A stretch of 64,000 nucleotides of DNA from Candidatus Margulisiibacteriota bacterium (GCA_042562495.1 JBHPMC010000001.1:41983-105982); one strand, 5' to 3'. Counted from the first letter of the stretch, positions 21,059 to 35,084 are shown. Notes: generated by a model not told the origin, from the sequence alone. Numbers and translations are program-made.

Positions 21059-21832
21059 CTATCCTCCTTGTTTGTTTTCCGACTTTTCCGACTCGGAGGT
21101 GTTTTCAACCTCAATCACCGCGACTTTTTCTTTGACCATTTTTTGCTTGGAAAGAAAATATTGCTGTGCTGCCATCAACGAATTAGATGTACACCAATAC
21201 AATAAAACTCCGGTCGGCAAATTTGCGCAAATAAAAAGCATGAAGATCGGCATAAAGGCCATCATTTTTGTTTGCGACGACTCGGTGTTCGCAGACATTG
21301 TCTTTTGAGTTAAGTAAGTAGATAGGCCAACCAACAAAACCAATGGAGATAGGAACTTTAAAAGCGGCAGCTTATCCACTAGCCCTATCAACGCCGGCTG
21401 CCTCCATTCTGCCAAAGCAAAATCTTTGATCCAGAAAAAAGTCCCCGCAGCCCCTGAGTCGCGAATGACTCCCTGCACTTCCGGATTGTTCAGCGTGGCA
21501 AACAACGCAATTATGATCGGCAATTGTAAAAGCACCGGCAAGCATCCGCCCAGGGGATTCACTCCGTGCTCTTTATAAAGCAAGAGCGTCTCTTGCTGCA
21601 TTTTTTGCGGATCTTTACTGTGTTTGCTCTGCACTTCCTTAAGCCGGGGCTGGATCTTTTGCATCGCCGACATGGATTCGTACTGCTTGGCAGACAACGG
21701 ATAAAGCGCGGCCCGAACAGCCACTGTTAGAAAAATAATTGCCCAGCCGTAATTCCTCGTGATCTGAAAAAAGAACTCCAGCGCAGGAAAGGTCAAGTCT
21801 ATTAATATATTTCCCGTTTGAACTGTTTGCAT
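21059..21832 (-). CDS. yidC: membrane protein insertase YidC (short form)
   Basis: 257-aa ORF. YGWAIIFLTVAVRAALYPLSAKQYESMSAMQKIQP is the conserved YidC/Oxa1 core. Confidence 0.9.
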   Translation of the reverse strand: MQTVQTGNILIDLTFPALEFFFQITRNYGWAIIFLTVAVRAALYPLSAKQYESMSAMQKIQPRLKEVQSKHSKDPQKMQQETLLLYKEHGVNPLGGCLPVLLQLPIIIALFATLNNPEVQGVIRDSGAAGTFFWIKDFALAEWRQPALIGLVDKLPLLKFLSPLVLLVGLSTYLTQKTMSANTESSQTKMMAFMPIFMLFICANLPTGVLLYWCTSNSLMAAQQYFLSKQKMVKEKVAVIEVENTSESEKSENKQGG

Positions 21833-21856
21833 TATTGTTTAGCCCTCCTCATAAAT

Positions 21857-22066
21857 TTATGGCACAGGATCTTCGCCACCAGAATGCCAGGGATGACATT
21901 TGGCAAGGCGTTTGATCCCCAGCCATATTCCTCGGCTTGCGCCATGTTTTTCCACTGCCCGCAAAGTATATTCAGAGCAAGTTGGATGAAAGCGACAAGC
22001 TTTGCGTGATAAAGGCCGTAAATATTTTTGATAAAAACGGATCAGTAAAATTATAACGGCCTTCAT
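21857..22066 (-). CDS. yidD: membrane protein insertion efficiency factor YidD
   Basis: Internal start MKAVIILLIRFYQKYLRPL...CRFHPTCSEY is the YidD signature. Overlaps the rnpA stop. Confidence 0.8.
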   Translation of the reverse strand: MKAVIILLIRFYQKYLRPLSRKACRFHPTCSEYTLRAVEKHGASRGIWLGIKRLAKCHPWHSGGEDPVP

Positions 22067-22392
22067 CTTTTTTTCAAAAAACCTTTCAGCGCGCTTTCTA
22101 GCGCTGCGCGAATAGCCGGCTCTTTCTGCTGCAAGATAGCCCTTTTGGCAATAATTACCAGCTGCCCCGCTGGCCCTTGCCTTCGCCAAAGCCTCCTTGC
22201 TGCTTCCCGCAACAAGCGCTTTGCGCGATTTCTTTTTACAGCGTTGCCGACCTTACCGCCGGCAATGATCCCTAATTTTAGTTTTGCATCCCCTGGAAGA
22301 TAGCAGACGGTGAAAATTCCTGTTGTTAACTGCTTCCCTTTTTTATAAATTAAACTAAAATCACTTTTTTCCCGGATGCGTCCCAGCGCCAT
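22063..22392 (-). CDS. rnpA: ribonuclease P protein component
   Basis: 109-aa basic protein with RNase P protein motif KVGNAVKRNRAKRLLREA. Confidence 0.85.
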   Translation of the reverse strand: MALGRIREKSDFSLIYKKGKQLTTGIFTVCYLPGDAKLKLGIIAGGKVGNAVKRNRAKRLLREAARRLWRRQGPAGQLVIIAKRAILQQKEPAIRAALESALKGFLKKR

Positions 22393-22396
22393 AAAA

Positions 22397-22531
22397 TTAT
22401 GCCGAAAGACGTTTTCTGCCCTTGGCTCTGCGTGAACGCAAGGTATTCCTTCCGGACTGAGTTCTTGTTCTGGATAAAAATCCGTGCTTCTTTTTTCGCC
22501 TTCTTGCTTTTGGCTGAAATGTTCTTTTCAA
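22397..22531 (-). CDS. rpmH: 50S ribosomal protein L34 (TTG start)
   Basis: Translated by hand: [51 protein letters not shown] upstream. Not in the ORF track because it is 44 aa. Confidence 0.85.
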   Translation of the reverse strand: MKRTFQPKARRRKKKHGFLSRTRTQSGRNTLRSRRAKGRKRLSA

Positions 22532-22696
22532 TTTATTCTGCCTCCTAAATTAAGGACGTTGATTATAACGACACTGTTTTAGGGCTGTCAAGGCACCAGG
22601 CCCCTAGAAAAAAATCCCTGGGATTTTTCGGTCCCGCTTTCGATATCCTGCAGGCCAAGCCTTGACTGCGATCAAGGGCTGGGATCAAGGAGAATT

Positions 22697-23302
22697 ATGT
22701 TTAATAAAATAATTTCTGCCAAACCTTTTTGCATCCCGCATTTTAGCGAAAAGCTTGTTCCGGGTGTTCACTATAAGATCGCCATTTGCTTGCCCAGGCA
22801 TACGGTAATAAATCTGGGGCCAGATGCTCGCCTAGAAAATGAAGATGACGAGCAGTTCTTTAAAGACCTGCTGCCTACCTGCGAAAAAAAATGCAAAGGC
22901 CTCTTCCCTCGGGGCAAAAACAAAAAGCTGGAAAGGCTTAAGCAATTTGTTTTGATCGGAATCTTTCGGATCCGTAAAAATCCGAAAGATAAGCACGTCG
23001 ATCTCGGCGCGGCGCTGGAGCCACCTCTCTATAAAGATAAGCTCGGACAATATAACTACTATATGTTTCGCAACGCAGTGATCCAAAGCGCTTGCGCCTT
23101 GGCCTCGTTTCTAAAAGAGAACCATGTCCCCCTGCATGGAGTAAGCTTTTTTCTTTCGGGCTTCCACGCCGGGGCCCAGAACGGGGCTTCAACAATAGCG
23201 CAAGAATGGATCGGCGAATTCTCTGAAGCATTAAAAGGGTCTCGCTCTTTGCTGGACTATATAGCGCTCCGAAGCCGAGTGCGACACGGAAAAATTAAAT
23301 AG
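22697..23302 (+). CDS. hypothetical protein inserted between rpmH and dnaA
   Basis: 201-aa ORF co-oriented with dnaA. No recognisable motifs. Confidence 0.4.
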   Translation: MFNKIISAKPFCIPHFSEKLVPGVHYKIAICLPRHTVINLGPDARLENEDDEQFFKDLLPTCEKKCKGLFPRGKNKKLERLKQFVLIGIFRIRKNPKDKHVDLGAALEPPLYKDKLGQYNYYMFRNAVIQSACALASFLKENHVPLHGVSFFLSGFHAGAQNGASTIAQEWIGEFSEALKGSRSLLDYIALRSRVRHGKIK

Positions 23303-23379
23303 TTAACTAGAACGCCCGAAAATAAATTCGCCTTGACGACAAATCTAAAAAAGAGTAAGATTTGCATCCCTTAAAATTA

Positions 23380-23580
23380 GCGCGGTTTTCCACAGCCTGT
23401 TTATTTCCTGTGGAAAAACCAAGAAAAAGCGCCCGCAAGGGCTCTTTGGCTCGATTCTTTATGGATTAATTATTTGCTGCCTTTCGTGGGCATTGTTTTT
23501 TTGCTTCTATACTAAGGAATTTTAAGGGCGCCTGTTATCCACATTGTCCTGTGGATAAAATAGATTAAAGTGGATAACTA
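23380..23580. promoter_or_regulatory. oriC / dnaA promoter region with DnaA-box clusters
   Basis: TTTTCCACA (23386-23394) and TGTGGAAAA (23409-23417) form a perfect inverted pair. TTATCCACA (23535-23543), TGTGGATAA (23550-23558) and AGTGGATAA (23569-23577) lie immediately upstream of dnaA. Confidence 0.6.
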
Positions 23581-23597
23581 GAGGAGCGCTGTGCATA

Positions 23598-24968
23598 ATG
23601 TCTAACAACTTGCCTGATATCTGGAACAAAATCGTTGACTATTTAAAGTCTCAGCTAAGCACTCCGGGGTTTAAGACCTTCCTTTCTTCAACCAAGCCCC
23701 TGGCCTTTAATGAGGGGATCATCCTAATCGGCGTGCCCAATGAATATACAAAAAACTGGATAAAAGAGCGTTGCGAGATCCTTATCAAGGAGTTTCTAAA
23801 AAATTCCCTAAAACAACACATTCTTATTGACTATAAACTAACCGGGGAAGAGCCCGCCGTGGAAATTCCCCAAGAGGGGCATGAGCTGTCCCCCGACATC
23901 TCCGTGGGCAAAAAAGACGATTTGATCCCGGCCCTTGCGGGAGCATATCTAAATCCAAAATACACTTTTGAATCGTTTGTTGTCGGGCACAACAATCGTT
24001 TTGCTCACGCGGCCGCCCTGGCTGTCTCTGAAACCCCGGCAAAAGCATATAATCCCCTTTTCATTTATGGGGGCGTCGGGCTGGGAAAGACCCACCTAAT
24101 GCAGGCTATCGGGCACAAGGCCTTGCAGATCAATCCCAAGCTAAAGGTTCTTTATGTAACGTCCGAACAATTTACTAATGAGCTGATAAATTCTATCCGC
24201 GACGACAAAAACGAAGAATTTCGCGGTCGATATCGAAAAATAGACATTCTGTTGGTCGACGACATCCAGTTTATTGCAGGCAAAGATCGGACCCAAGAAG
24301 AGTTTTTTCACACCTTTAATGCGCTGCACGAGACCAACAAGCAGATCGTTTTGTCTTCGGACCGTCCGCCCCACGATCTCCACGTAGAAGATCGCCTGCG
24401 CACCCGGTTTGCCTGGGGGTTGTCCGCAGACATAAAGCCTCCGGAGCTAGAAACGCGTATTGCTATTCTGCGCAAAAAAGCTGACGGGGAATCTTTAAAC
24501 CTTCCCGACGAAGTGTTGCACTATATTGCCGCGCAGATCCCGTCTAATATTCGCGACCTAGAGGGTGCTCTCATTAAGATTGTTGCGTACTCTTCTTTGG
24601 TCAACTCGGAGCTTTCTGTAGAATTGGCCGCAGATGTAATTAAGGATATTGTTTCTCCTCATCGGGATAAGCCGATAACTATCAGCACCATAAAAAAGGC
24701 TGTTGCTGAATACTTTAAGCTTGAGCCAGATATCTTGTCTGCCAAGCTGCGCACCAAAGACGTTGCCCACGCCAGGCAAACGGCCATGTATTTAGCAAGA
24801 GAGCTGACTACGTCCTCTTTGCCAAAAATCGGTGAAAATTTTGGAGGGCGCGATCACACCACGGTCATGCATGCCTACGACAAAATTAAAGAAGAAATGG
24901 AAAAGGATTCCCAAGTGAACGACCAGGTAAAGAGCATTATGAACAATATCAGCAAGGTCGACGCCTAA
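23598..24968 (+). CDS. dnaA: chromosomal replication initiator protein DnaA
   Basis: 456-aa ORF. AAA+ Walker A GGVGLGKTHL. C-terminal DNA-binding domain. Confidence 0.95.
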   Translation: MSNNLPDIWNKIVDYLKSQLSTPGFKTFLSSTKPLAFNEGIILIGVPNEYTKNWIKERCEILIKEFLKNSLKQHILIDYKLTGEEPAVEIPQEGHELSPDISVGKKDDLIPALAGAYLNPKYTFESFVVGHNNRFAHAAALAVSETPAKAYNPLFIYGGVGLGKTHLMQAIGHKALQINPKLKVLYVTSEQFTNELINSIRDDKNEEFRGRYRKIDILLVDDIQFIAGKDRTQEEFFHTFNALHETNKQIVLSSDRPPHDLHVEDRLRTRFAWGLSADIKPPELETRIAILRKKADGESLNLPDEVLHYIAAQIPSNIRDLEGALIKIVAYSSLVNSELSVELAADVIKDIVSPHRDKPITISTIKKAVAEYFKLEPDILSAKLRTKDVAHARQTAMYLARELTTSSLPKIGENFGGRDHTTVMHAYDKIKEEMEKDSQVNDQVKSIMNNISKVDA

Positions 24969-25216
24969 GCTTAATTTTATACACAGCGGCTTGTTGGTAT
25001 CTTCTAATAACTCTCCGGTTATCCATATATAATTCCTAATTGTTAACAAGTCCCTTTTACTGTAAAATTACGCGCAAGGTTATGCCCAGGATATCAACAA
25101 GGCAAAACGTTGTTTTTTAGTGTATGGGTACCACAAATTGAAATGTATATACATATTCACAGCCCCTACTACTATTACTACTACTTTATAATATATTAAG
25201 AAAGGATTAGTATTTT

Positions 25217-26338
25217 ATGCGTTTTAAATGTTCAAAAGAAGACCTGATCAACGGAATACATATTGTTGAAAAAGCGGTGGCCGTACGCAGCACGCTGCCA
25301 ATTGTTAGTAATATATTAGTGGAAACCGTGCCCAATGGAGTAAAGCTTATTGCAAATGATCTAGAGATCGGCATCGAGTATACTTTGAAGGCAAGCGTGG
25401 CTAAAGAAGGATCAGTTTTGGCCCCAGCGAAGACTTTTTCTGGAATAATCAACAAATTATCAACAGGAGAAGTGCAATTTGAGGTAGAGGAAAACGGCAA
25501 TATACGTATTACTTGCGGTCAATCTAAATTTAGCATACATGGTTTACCCACAGACGATTTTCCGGTGTTGCCAAAAGTAAAGGGAGCGCAGGAATTTGAG
25601 ATAGAAGCAGAATTATTAAAAGAGATGATCCGCCAAACGATCATTGCGGTCTCTATGGATGAAAGTAAACATGTTTTAAATGGAGTTTTAATAGAGGTTA
25701 ATAAAAAAGAGATCTGCTTTGTAGCCACAGATGGCTATCGTTTAGCTCAAAGGCGAGGCGAGCTTAATAAAGATACGGGCGCCAAGGAGAGTTTTATAGT
25801 TCCCACAAAAGTATTATCTGAGATCAATAGGGCTATACAGCAAAAAGAATTTAAAGGAAAGATAAAGGTATATTTTTCCAAAGAGCAGATCGCGTTTACT
25901 TTTGATAATGTTTATTTTGTTTCCCGCCTGATCCAAGGGCAATTCCCGGATTACAAACAAGTTATTCCTAAGAAAACGGAAGCAAAAATTATTATTCCCA
26001 GAGAAAATTTATTAAGAGCTGCCGAGCGATCATCAATAATAGCCAGCACTAGCGCAAATATTATTCGCCTAGAAACGGTCAATAAAAAACTACATATTTC
26101 TGCGAATACGCCGGACGTGGGGAACGCGAGCGAGCTAATTGATGTAGAGATTGCGGGGCAGGAAAAAAATAAAGTTGCTTTAAATGTGCGCCTGCTTTTA
26201 GATGCCCTAAAAAGCATGGATGAAGAAGATGTTTACCTGGAGCTTACAGGCGCCTTGAGCCCAGGAATATTAAAACCAAAGAACAAAGAACAATATTTGT
26301 ATGTAATAATGCCTATCCGCACAGCTGAATCAGCCTAA
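25217..26338 (+). CDS. dnaN: DNA polymerase III beta sliding clamp
   Basis: 373-aa ORF. Canonical gene order after dnaA. Confidence 0.95.
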   Translation: MRFKCSKEDLINGIHIVEKAVAVRSTLPIVSNILVETVPNGVKLIANDLEIGIEYTLKASVAKEGSVLAPAKTFSGIINKLSTGEVQFEVEENGNIRITCGQSKFSIHGLPTDDFPVLPKVKGAQEFEIEAELLKEMIRQTIIAVSMDESKHVLNGVLIEVNKKEICFVATDGYRLAQRRGELNKDTGAKESFIVPTKVLSEINRAIQQKEFKGKIKVYFSKEQIAFTFDNVYFVSRLIQGQFPDYKQVIPKKTEAKIIIPRENLLRAAERSSIIASTSANIIRLETVNKKLHISANTPDVGNASELIDVEIAGQEKNKVALNVRLLLDALKSMDEEDVYLELTGALSPGILKPKNKEQYLYVIMPIRTAESA

Positions 26339-26365
26339 TAAAGGCAAAGGTATAAATCCAGGGTA

Positions 26366-27452
26366 ATGAGAATCAAAAAACTGTGTTTAACACATTTTAG
26401 AAACTATTCTTCTCGACAGATAGAATTTTCCCCGAACATTTCTTTTTTTTATGGCAAAAACGCCCAAGGCAAGACTAATCTCTTAGAGGCGATTCATTTA
26501 TTATGCACGGCCCAATCGCCGCGGACCAGGAAAACACAAGATACGGTAAGCTGGGGCGAGGCGGAAGCGCTTATTGAAGGCGTGTTTGTATCTCGGGGGC
26601 AAGAGACAGAAGCAAAGCTCCAGATAAGCAAATCCGGAGAAAAAACGATAAGGATCGGCCGGCAATATCTTAAAAAGACAAGCGATCTCTTGGGGCAGTT
26701 CCCGGCGATCTTTTTTTCACCAGACGATCTGGAGATCATTAAAAAGACCCCGCAGGGAAGGCGCCGCTTTTTGGATCTCCTGTTTTCGCAAGCCAGTAAA
26801 AAATATACAAACGCTTTATTAGAGTATCAAAAAATATTAAAACAGCGCAACGAATGCCTGTGCCAGATCGCGGAACACAAAACAAACGAGCAGGCGCTAG
26901 AGCCCTGGGACGAGGCACTAATAACAACAGGCCTAAGCATAACTAATTGGCGAAAGCAGGGGCTTGAAAAGATCGTCCCGGTTGCTGAAGCCATACACCA
27001 GGAATTGACGGCCGGAAAAGAAAGCCTGCAGGTAAAATATTTATGCTCACTGGGAGAAACAAAGGAGCAGGCCAAAAAGAATATATTAAAACACCGGAGG
27101 AATGAGCTGGCCACGAAAAAGTCTTGCTTTGGCCCGCACCGAGATGACTTGGCGATATTGATTGACCAGCGCGAGGCAAAAGCCTATGCTTCCCACGGCC
27201 AGCAACACACGGCGATCCTTAGCTTAAAATTGGCGGAATTTGATTATATTAAAAAAGCATTTGGCGAAACGCCGATTGTTTTGTTGGATGACATTTTGCT
27301 AGAATTGGACTCCTCTCGCTTTGCAGCCTTGTTAAAAAATTTGCTGGAGAAAACCCAGGCGATCATGACGGGCACAGAGATCGGGCGGTTTCAAGAAATA
27401 GCCTTAGAGGAGATAAATTTTTACGAAGTAAGCCAGGGGTGTATAAAAGAAA

Positions 27453-27475
<23 letters not shown>
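26366..27475 (+). CDS. recF: DNA replication and repair protein RecF
   Basis: 369-aa ORF. Walker A GKNAQGKTNLLEA. ABC-type signature. Confidence 0.9.
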
Positions 27476-30327
<2,852 letters not shown>

Positions 30328-30338
30328 GAGAGGCAACG

Positions 30339-32897
30339 ATGGCGAAGAAGAAAAAAGAAAAAGTTAAAGCAAAAAAGGCTGCGGCCAAGGCAGGCAAGGG
30401 CAAGGCGCCCGCAAACACTCAGCTTAGCCTGCAAAGCGCTGGCGGCAAGAATGTTGTGCGCATCGACATCGAAGAGGAAATGCGGACTTCTTATATAAAC
30501 TATGCAATGTCCGTGATCGTCGGGCGTGCACTTCCAGATGTCAGGGACGGCCTAAAGCCAGTTCATAGACGTATTATGTTTTCCATGTACGAACAGGGCA
30601 TGTTCCACAGCAAGCCCTTTAAAAAGTCGGCGCGCGTAGTTGGAGATGTTCTTGGTAAATATCACCCGCACGGAGATAGCGCCATTTATGATTCCTTGGT
30701 CCGCATGGCGCAGGATTTTGCAATGCGTTATCCGCTAATTGATGGGCAAGGAAACTTTGGCTCTATCGATGGGGACAATGCGGCGGCCATGCGCTATACA
30801 GAGGCGCGCCTGGAGAAGATCTCCGAAGAAGTCTTGGCCGACCTGGACAAAGAAACAGTCGAGTTCATGCCAAACTTCGATGATTCGCTAAAGGAGCCGA
30901 CGGTCCTCCCCTCAAAGATCCCGGGGCTGCTACTGAACGGCTCTTCTGGTATTGCCGTTGGCATGGCGACGAACATTCCTCCGCACAATTTAGGAGAGCT
31001 GGCCGATGCGATCATTGCCCTGGTCGACAATCCCGATCTTGAAATAAAAAAACTATTAAGTATTGTTAAGGGCCCGGATTTCCCGACCGGCGCAACGATC
31101 ACGGGAACGCAGGGCATAAAAGACGCCTACGCCAAGGGAAAGGGCTCGATAGCAATGCAGGCTACCGCGGCCATAGAGCCAGTTCCCGGGAAAAAAGACA
31201 GGGAATGTATCATCGTTAACGAGATCCCCTATCAAGTAAATAAATCCAATTTAATTATTAATATTGCCGACCTGGTTCGCGACAAAAAAATACCCGGCAT
31301 TGCCGACCTGCGCGATGAGTCGGGGAAAGAAGGCCTGCGTATTTACATCGAGGTTAAGCGAGGAGTTCCGGCGCAGTTAGTTTTAAAGCAGCTCTACAAA
31401 CATACTGCGCTGCGCACAACATTTGGCTTTAATATGCTGGCGATTGTTGATGGCGAGCCGAAAGTGCTAACCCTAAAAGATGCCCTGACAGAATATATTA
31501 ATTTCCGAGTTGAAATAGTAACGAAGCGAGCGCAGTTTGAATTACGCAAGGCCAAAGAACGTGCGCATATTTTAGAGGGGTTGCGGATAGCGCTAAAAAA
31601 TATAGATGCGGTCATTAAATTAATAAAGGCATCAAAGACTGTTCAGGACGCCAAGTCCGGCCTGATGAAAAAATTCAAATTGTCCGAGATACAGGCCCAG
31701 GCGATATTGGATATGCGCCTGCAAAAGCTGGCGGCGCTTGAGGTCCAAAAGGTCGAAGCGGAATATAAAGAGCTCAAAAAGAAGATCGAAGACCTGGAAG
31801 ATGTCTTGAAAAAGAAAAAAAGAGTTTTTGACATAATTAAGACCGAAACAGCAGAAGTAAAAGAAAAATATGCGGATCCTCGCCGCACAATGATCACCGG
31901 CGAAGCAAAAGAAACAACGATGGAAGACCTGATCCCCGATAACGAAGTGGTGGTTTTCTTGTCTAAGCAGGGCTTTGCAAAAAGAATACCGGTGCAAACC
32001 TTCCGCAGCCAGCTGCGCGGAGGCCGCGGTGTTGCCGGGATGGAGACTACGGACGATGATCGGATCGACCAGATCTTTGTCACCTCAACGCACAGCTATT
32101 TAATGCTGTTCACTGATCGAGGCAAGGCTTATCGAATAAAAGTTTACGAGATCCCGGATGCCAGCCGTGCCAGCAAGGGGCAGAATATAAAGAATTTTGT
32201 CACCCTCACCGACGGAGAGGTCGTGACCGCGGCCATGGACATAAAAGATTTCAAAAAAGACAGCGGGTTTCTGCTGATGGCCACAGAGCAGGGCGTGGTC
32301 AAAAAGATAGATGTTTCCGAATTTGAAAATATTCGCAAGAGCGGGGTTATCGCAATAAACATCGATTCCGGAGATAGGCTGCGTTGGGTCAGCAAGGTCA
32401 GCGTTGGCGAAGAGGTTGTCTGCGGAACCCTGAAAGGAATGATGATACGTTTTAAAGAAAAAGACGTGCGGCCGATGGGGCGTAATGCCAGAGGCGTGCG
32501 AGGAATAAATCTTAAAAAAGATGACAAGCTGATAAGCATGGACGTGATCTCGGATGCCAAAAAGGCAGAGTGTTTAATAATTTCTTCCCTAGGCTATGGC
32601 AAGAGAACGGTGGTTAACGAATACCGGTCTCAATCTCGCGGAGGCAAAGGAGTAAAGGCCATGGGGCTAAGAGATAAGAAGGGCGACGTTGTGGCCAGCT
32701 TTTGTATCGTAACCCCGGAAGATGAAATAATGCTGGTCACCAAGAACGGCATTGTGTCCAAGCAAAAGGTTAAAAAGATCTCGCTGCAAAAACGCGCCGC
32801 TAAAGGCGTAACAGTTCAGCGTCTAGACAAAGAAGACAAGATCGTCGACGTAGCCAAGATCGACAAGACCGCGGAAGAGGTTGCGCAAAAGGCGTAG
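30339..32897 (+). CDS. gyrA: DNA gyrase subunit A, with a Lys/Ala-rich N-terminal extension of about 35 aa
   Basis: 852-aa [27 protein letters not shown] and the catalytic Tyr region are present. Strong RBS at the ATG. Confidence 0.95.
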   Translation: MAKKKKEKVKAKKAAAKAGKGKAPANTQLSLQSAGGKNVVRIDIEEEMRTSYINYAMSVIVGRALPDVRDGLKPVHRRIMFSMYEQGMFHSKPFKKSARVVGDVLGKYHPHGDSAIYDSLVRMAQDFAMRYPLIDGQGNFGSIDGDNAAAMRYTEARLEKISEEVLADLDKETVEFMPNFDDSLKEPTVLPSKIPGLLLNGSSGIAVGMATNIPPHNLGELADAIIALVDNPDLEIKKLLSIVKGPDFPTGATITGTQGIKDAYAKGKGSIAMQATAAIEPVPGKKDRECIIVNEIPYQVNKSNLIINIADLVRDKKIPGIADLRDESGKEGLRIYIEVKRGVPAQLVLKQLYKHTALRTTFGFNMLAIVDGEPKVLTLKDALTEYINFRVEIVTKRAQFELRKAKERAHILEGLRIALKNIDAVIKLIKASKTVQDAKSGLMKKFKLSEIQAQAILDMRLQKLAALEVQKVEAEYKELKKKIEDLEDVLKKKKRVFDIIKTETAEVKEKYADPRRTMITGEAKETTMEDLIPDNEVVVFLSKQGFAKRIPVQTFRSQLRGGRGVAGMETTDDDRIDQIFVTSTHSYLMLFTDRGKAYRIKVYEIPDASRASKGQNIKNFVTLTDGEVVTAAMDIKDFKKDSGFLLMATEQGVVKKIDVSEFENIRKSGVIAINIDSGDRLRWVSKVSVGEEVVCGTLKGMMIRFKEKDVRPMGRNARGVRGINLKKDDKLISMDVISDAKKAECLIISSLGYGKRTVVNEYRSQSRGGKGVKAMGLRDKKGDVVASFCIVTPEDEIMLVTKNGIVSKQKVKKISLQKRAAKGVTVQRLDKEDKIVDVAKIDKTAEEVAQKA

Positions 32898-32928
32898 GCT
32901 CCAGCACAATAACTCCGAAAGGAAAATT

Positions 32929-34029
32929 ATGGGTTTTTCAATAGGCATAGTCGGATTGCCCAATGTAGGAAAGTCGACATTGTTTAACGCGATCACCAAG
33001 GTCGGCGCGCCGGCGGAGAACTATCCGTTCTGTACGGTCGACCCTAACATCGGAATTGTTACCGTTCCCGACGAACGTTTGGCAATCCTTTCTAAAATGC
33101 ATGGCTCTAAAAAAACCACCCCGACTGCCATAGAGTTCGTCGACATTGCGGGTCTCGTCAAAGGCGCCAGCAAGGGCGAAGGGTTGGGGAATCAGTTCCT
33201 GGGCAATATCCGAGAGGTCGACGCGATCGCGCACGTAGTGCGCTGTTTTGAAGATCCAAATGTTGTCCACGTTGATGGCAGTATCGATCCAAAACGAGAT
33301 ATAGAGGTTATCAACCTGGAATTGATACTGGCGGACCTGGAGACAATAGAAAAAAAATGCCGCGGCGTGGAAAAAAAGGCGGCAACCGGCGATAAGGAAT
33401 CCAAAATAAAATACGATGTATTTAAAAAGCTAAAAGATGCTTTAGAAAAAAACTTGCCGGCGCGAGCCGTCGTGCTTTCCAGCGCAGAAAAAAACGTACT
33501 CAAGAGCGAAGTGCAATTATTGACGAGCAAGCCTGTTTTATATGTCGCAAATATTGATGAAGCGGAATTAAAAAAAGGAACGGATGAGTATATTAATAAA
33601 GTTAAAGAGCTTGCCAAGCAGGAAGCTGCGGAAACGATAGTAATTTGTACAAAGCTGGAAACAGAGATAGCAGAGCTGGGGGATGAAGAAGCCCGGGCGT
33701 TCATGAAAGAAGTCGGCATAGAGAGTTCCGGGTTGGAGCAGCTGGCTACCGCGAGCTATAAATTGTTGAACTTAATTACATTCCTTACTACAGGAGAAAC
33801 AGAGACCCGGGCTTGGACTATCACAAGCGGCGCTAAAGCACCGCAGGCGGCAGGGGTGATCCATACAGATTTTGAAAAAGGTTTTATTAAGGCAGAAGTC
33901 GTAGCCTATCCCAGGCTCGTCGAGGCCGGCAGCTGGCACAATGCCGTAGAAAAAGGCTGGGTGCGGCAAGAGGGCAAAGAGTATGTTTTTAAAGATGGGG
34001 ATGTTGTTATTTTTAAGTTTAATGTCTAA
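32929..34029 (+). CDS. ychF: ribosome-binding ATPase YchF
   Basis: MGFSIGIVGLPNVGKSTLFNAIT. TGS domain at the C-terminus. Start chosen at the internal ATG with AAAGGA SD. Confidence 0.9.
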   Translation: MGFSIGIVGLPNVGKSTLFNAITKVGAPAENYPFCTVDPNIGIVTVPDERLAILSKMHGSKKTTPTAIEFVDIAGLVKGASKGEGLGNQFLGNIREVDAIAHVVRCFEDPNVVHVDGSIDPKRDIEVINLELILADLETIEKKCRGVEKKAATGDKESKIKYDVFKKLKDALEKNLPARAVVLSSAEKNVLKSEVQLLTSKPVLYVANIDEAELKKGTDEYINKVKELAKQEAAETIVICTKLETEIAELGDEEARAFMKEVGIESSGLEQLATASYKLLNLITFLTTGETETRAWTITSGAKAPQAAGVIHTDFEKGFIKAEVVAYPRLVEAGSWHNAVEKGWVRQEGKEYVFKDGDVVIFKFNV

Positions 34030-34035
34030 AGGAGC

Positions 34036-34758
34036 GTGGCGATGGAAACAATACAGCTTCTCTTAGAAAGATTTTTAGCTCAAAATATATTTATTGCTTT
34101 GGCCCTGGCATATCTTGGCGGGCTTTTAACCACCTTTACCCCCTGTGTTTATCCAATGATCCCGGTCACGCTGGCGATCACGCTGGGCACAGAAACTGCC
34201 GATGAAAAAGATAAATGGAAAAAGCTGATAAATCCTTGCTTTTATTGCCTGGGGATCACGACGACCTATGCATTGCTGGGGATCTTTGCTGCTGTCACAG
34301 GGACTCTCTTTGGAACCTGGGCATCTAATCCTTGGATATATTTTGCCTTGGGCGCCGTGCTTATTGTCTTAAGCCTTAATATGCTGGGTGTTATTGCCTT
34401 GCCTACGCTGCAAGTCCAATATAAGGCAAACAGAGCAAGCAAGCCGTCTTTGTTTGTCTTTGGAGCGCTGACGGGCGCGGCCTTTTCTCCGTGTACGATC
34501 CCCATTCTGAGCATTTTTTTAGTTTATGCAGCCACAAAGAACATTTTAGTTGGGGGCTTGCTGCTGTTCAGCTTTGCTGCCGGATTTTCTTCGCTGCTCT
34601 TGCTCATGGCCTGGGCCAGCCTTTATGCCAAAGACAAGATCCCTCGTTCCGGGCGCTGGCTGGAAGTTGTAAAGCGGGCTGTGGTGACAATTTGTTCTCT
34701 CACAGCGCTGTATTTTTTATTCAAAGCCTACGTGCTTTTTACGGGAAGGATCCTTTAA
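34036..34758 (+). CDS. ccdA: cytochrome c-type biogenesis / thiol-disulfide transporter CcdA (DsbD transmembrane family)
   Basis: 240-aa polytopic membrane protein with TTFTPCVYPMIPV and AFSPCTIPIL, the two conserved Cys of the CcdA/DsbD TM domain. Confidence 0.7.
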   Translation: MAMETIQLLLERFLAQNIFIALALAYLGGLLTTFTPCVYPMIPVTLAITLGTETADEKDKWKKLINPCFYCLGITTTYALLGIFAAVTGTLFGTWASNPWIYFALGAVLIVLSLNMLGVIALPTLQVQYKANRASKPSLFVFGALTGAAFSPCTIPILSIFLVYAATKNILVGGLLLFSFAAGFSSLLLLMAWASLYAKDKIPRSGRWLEVVKRAVVTICSLTALYFLFKAYVLFTGRIL

Positions 34759-35084
34759 TTGCTGCAGAACTCCAGGCCTTGTTCATAAAGCCGTTCTAAA
34801 AAATCTTCAGCAGTATAGATCATCAAGAATTCACTTTGCCCTTTTTCTGATTTATTTATCATGGCCGCCCCTCCTTTGATTTGGTATTTAGACGATAAGC
34901 AGACAAGAAAAGTTCTCTAAAGAATAAAACAGAAAAAATCAATGTATTTATTTCTCTGCAGAGGGAATAGAGGAGGTGGGCAGAAAGGCCTGCCTGAAGA
35001 GATAAAAAGTGTTGAAATTATCCCTGAGAAGGCTACGATATATAGATAAGGAAATTGAGGATAAATAAAAAAGGAGGATTTTTT

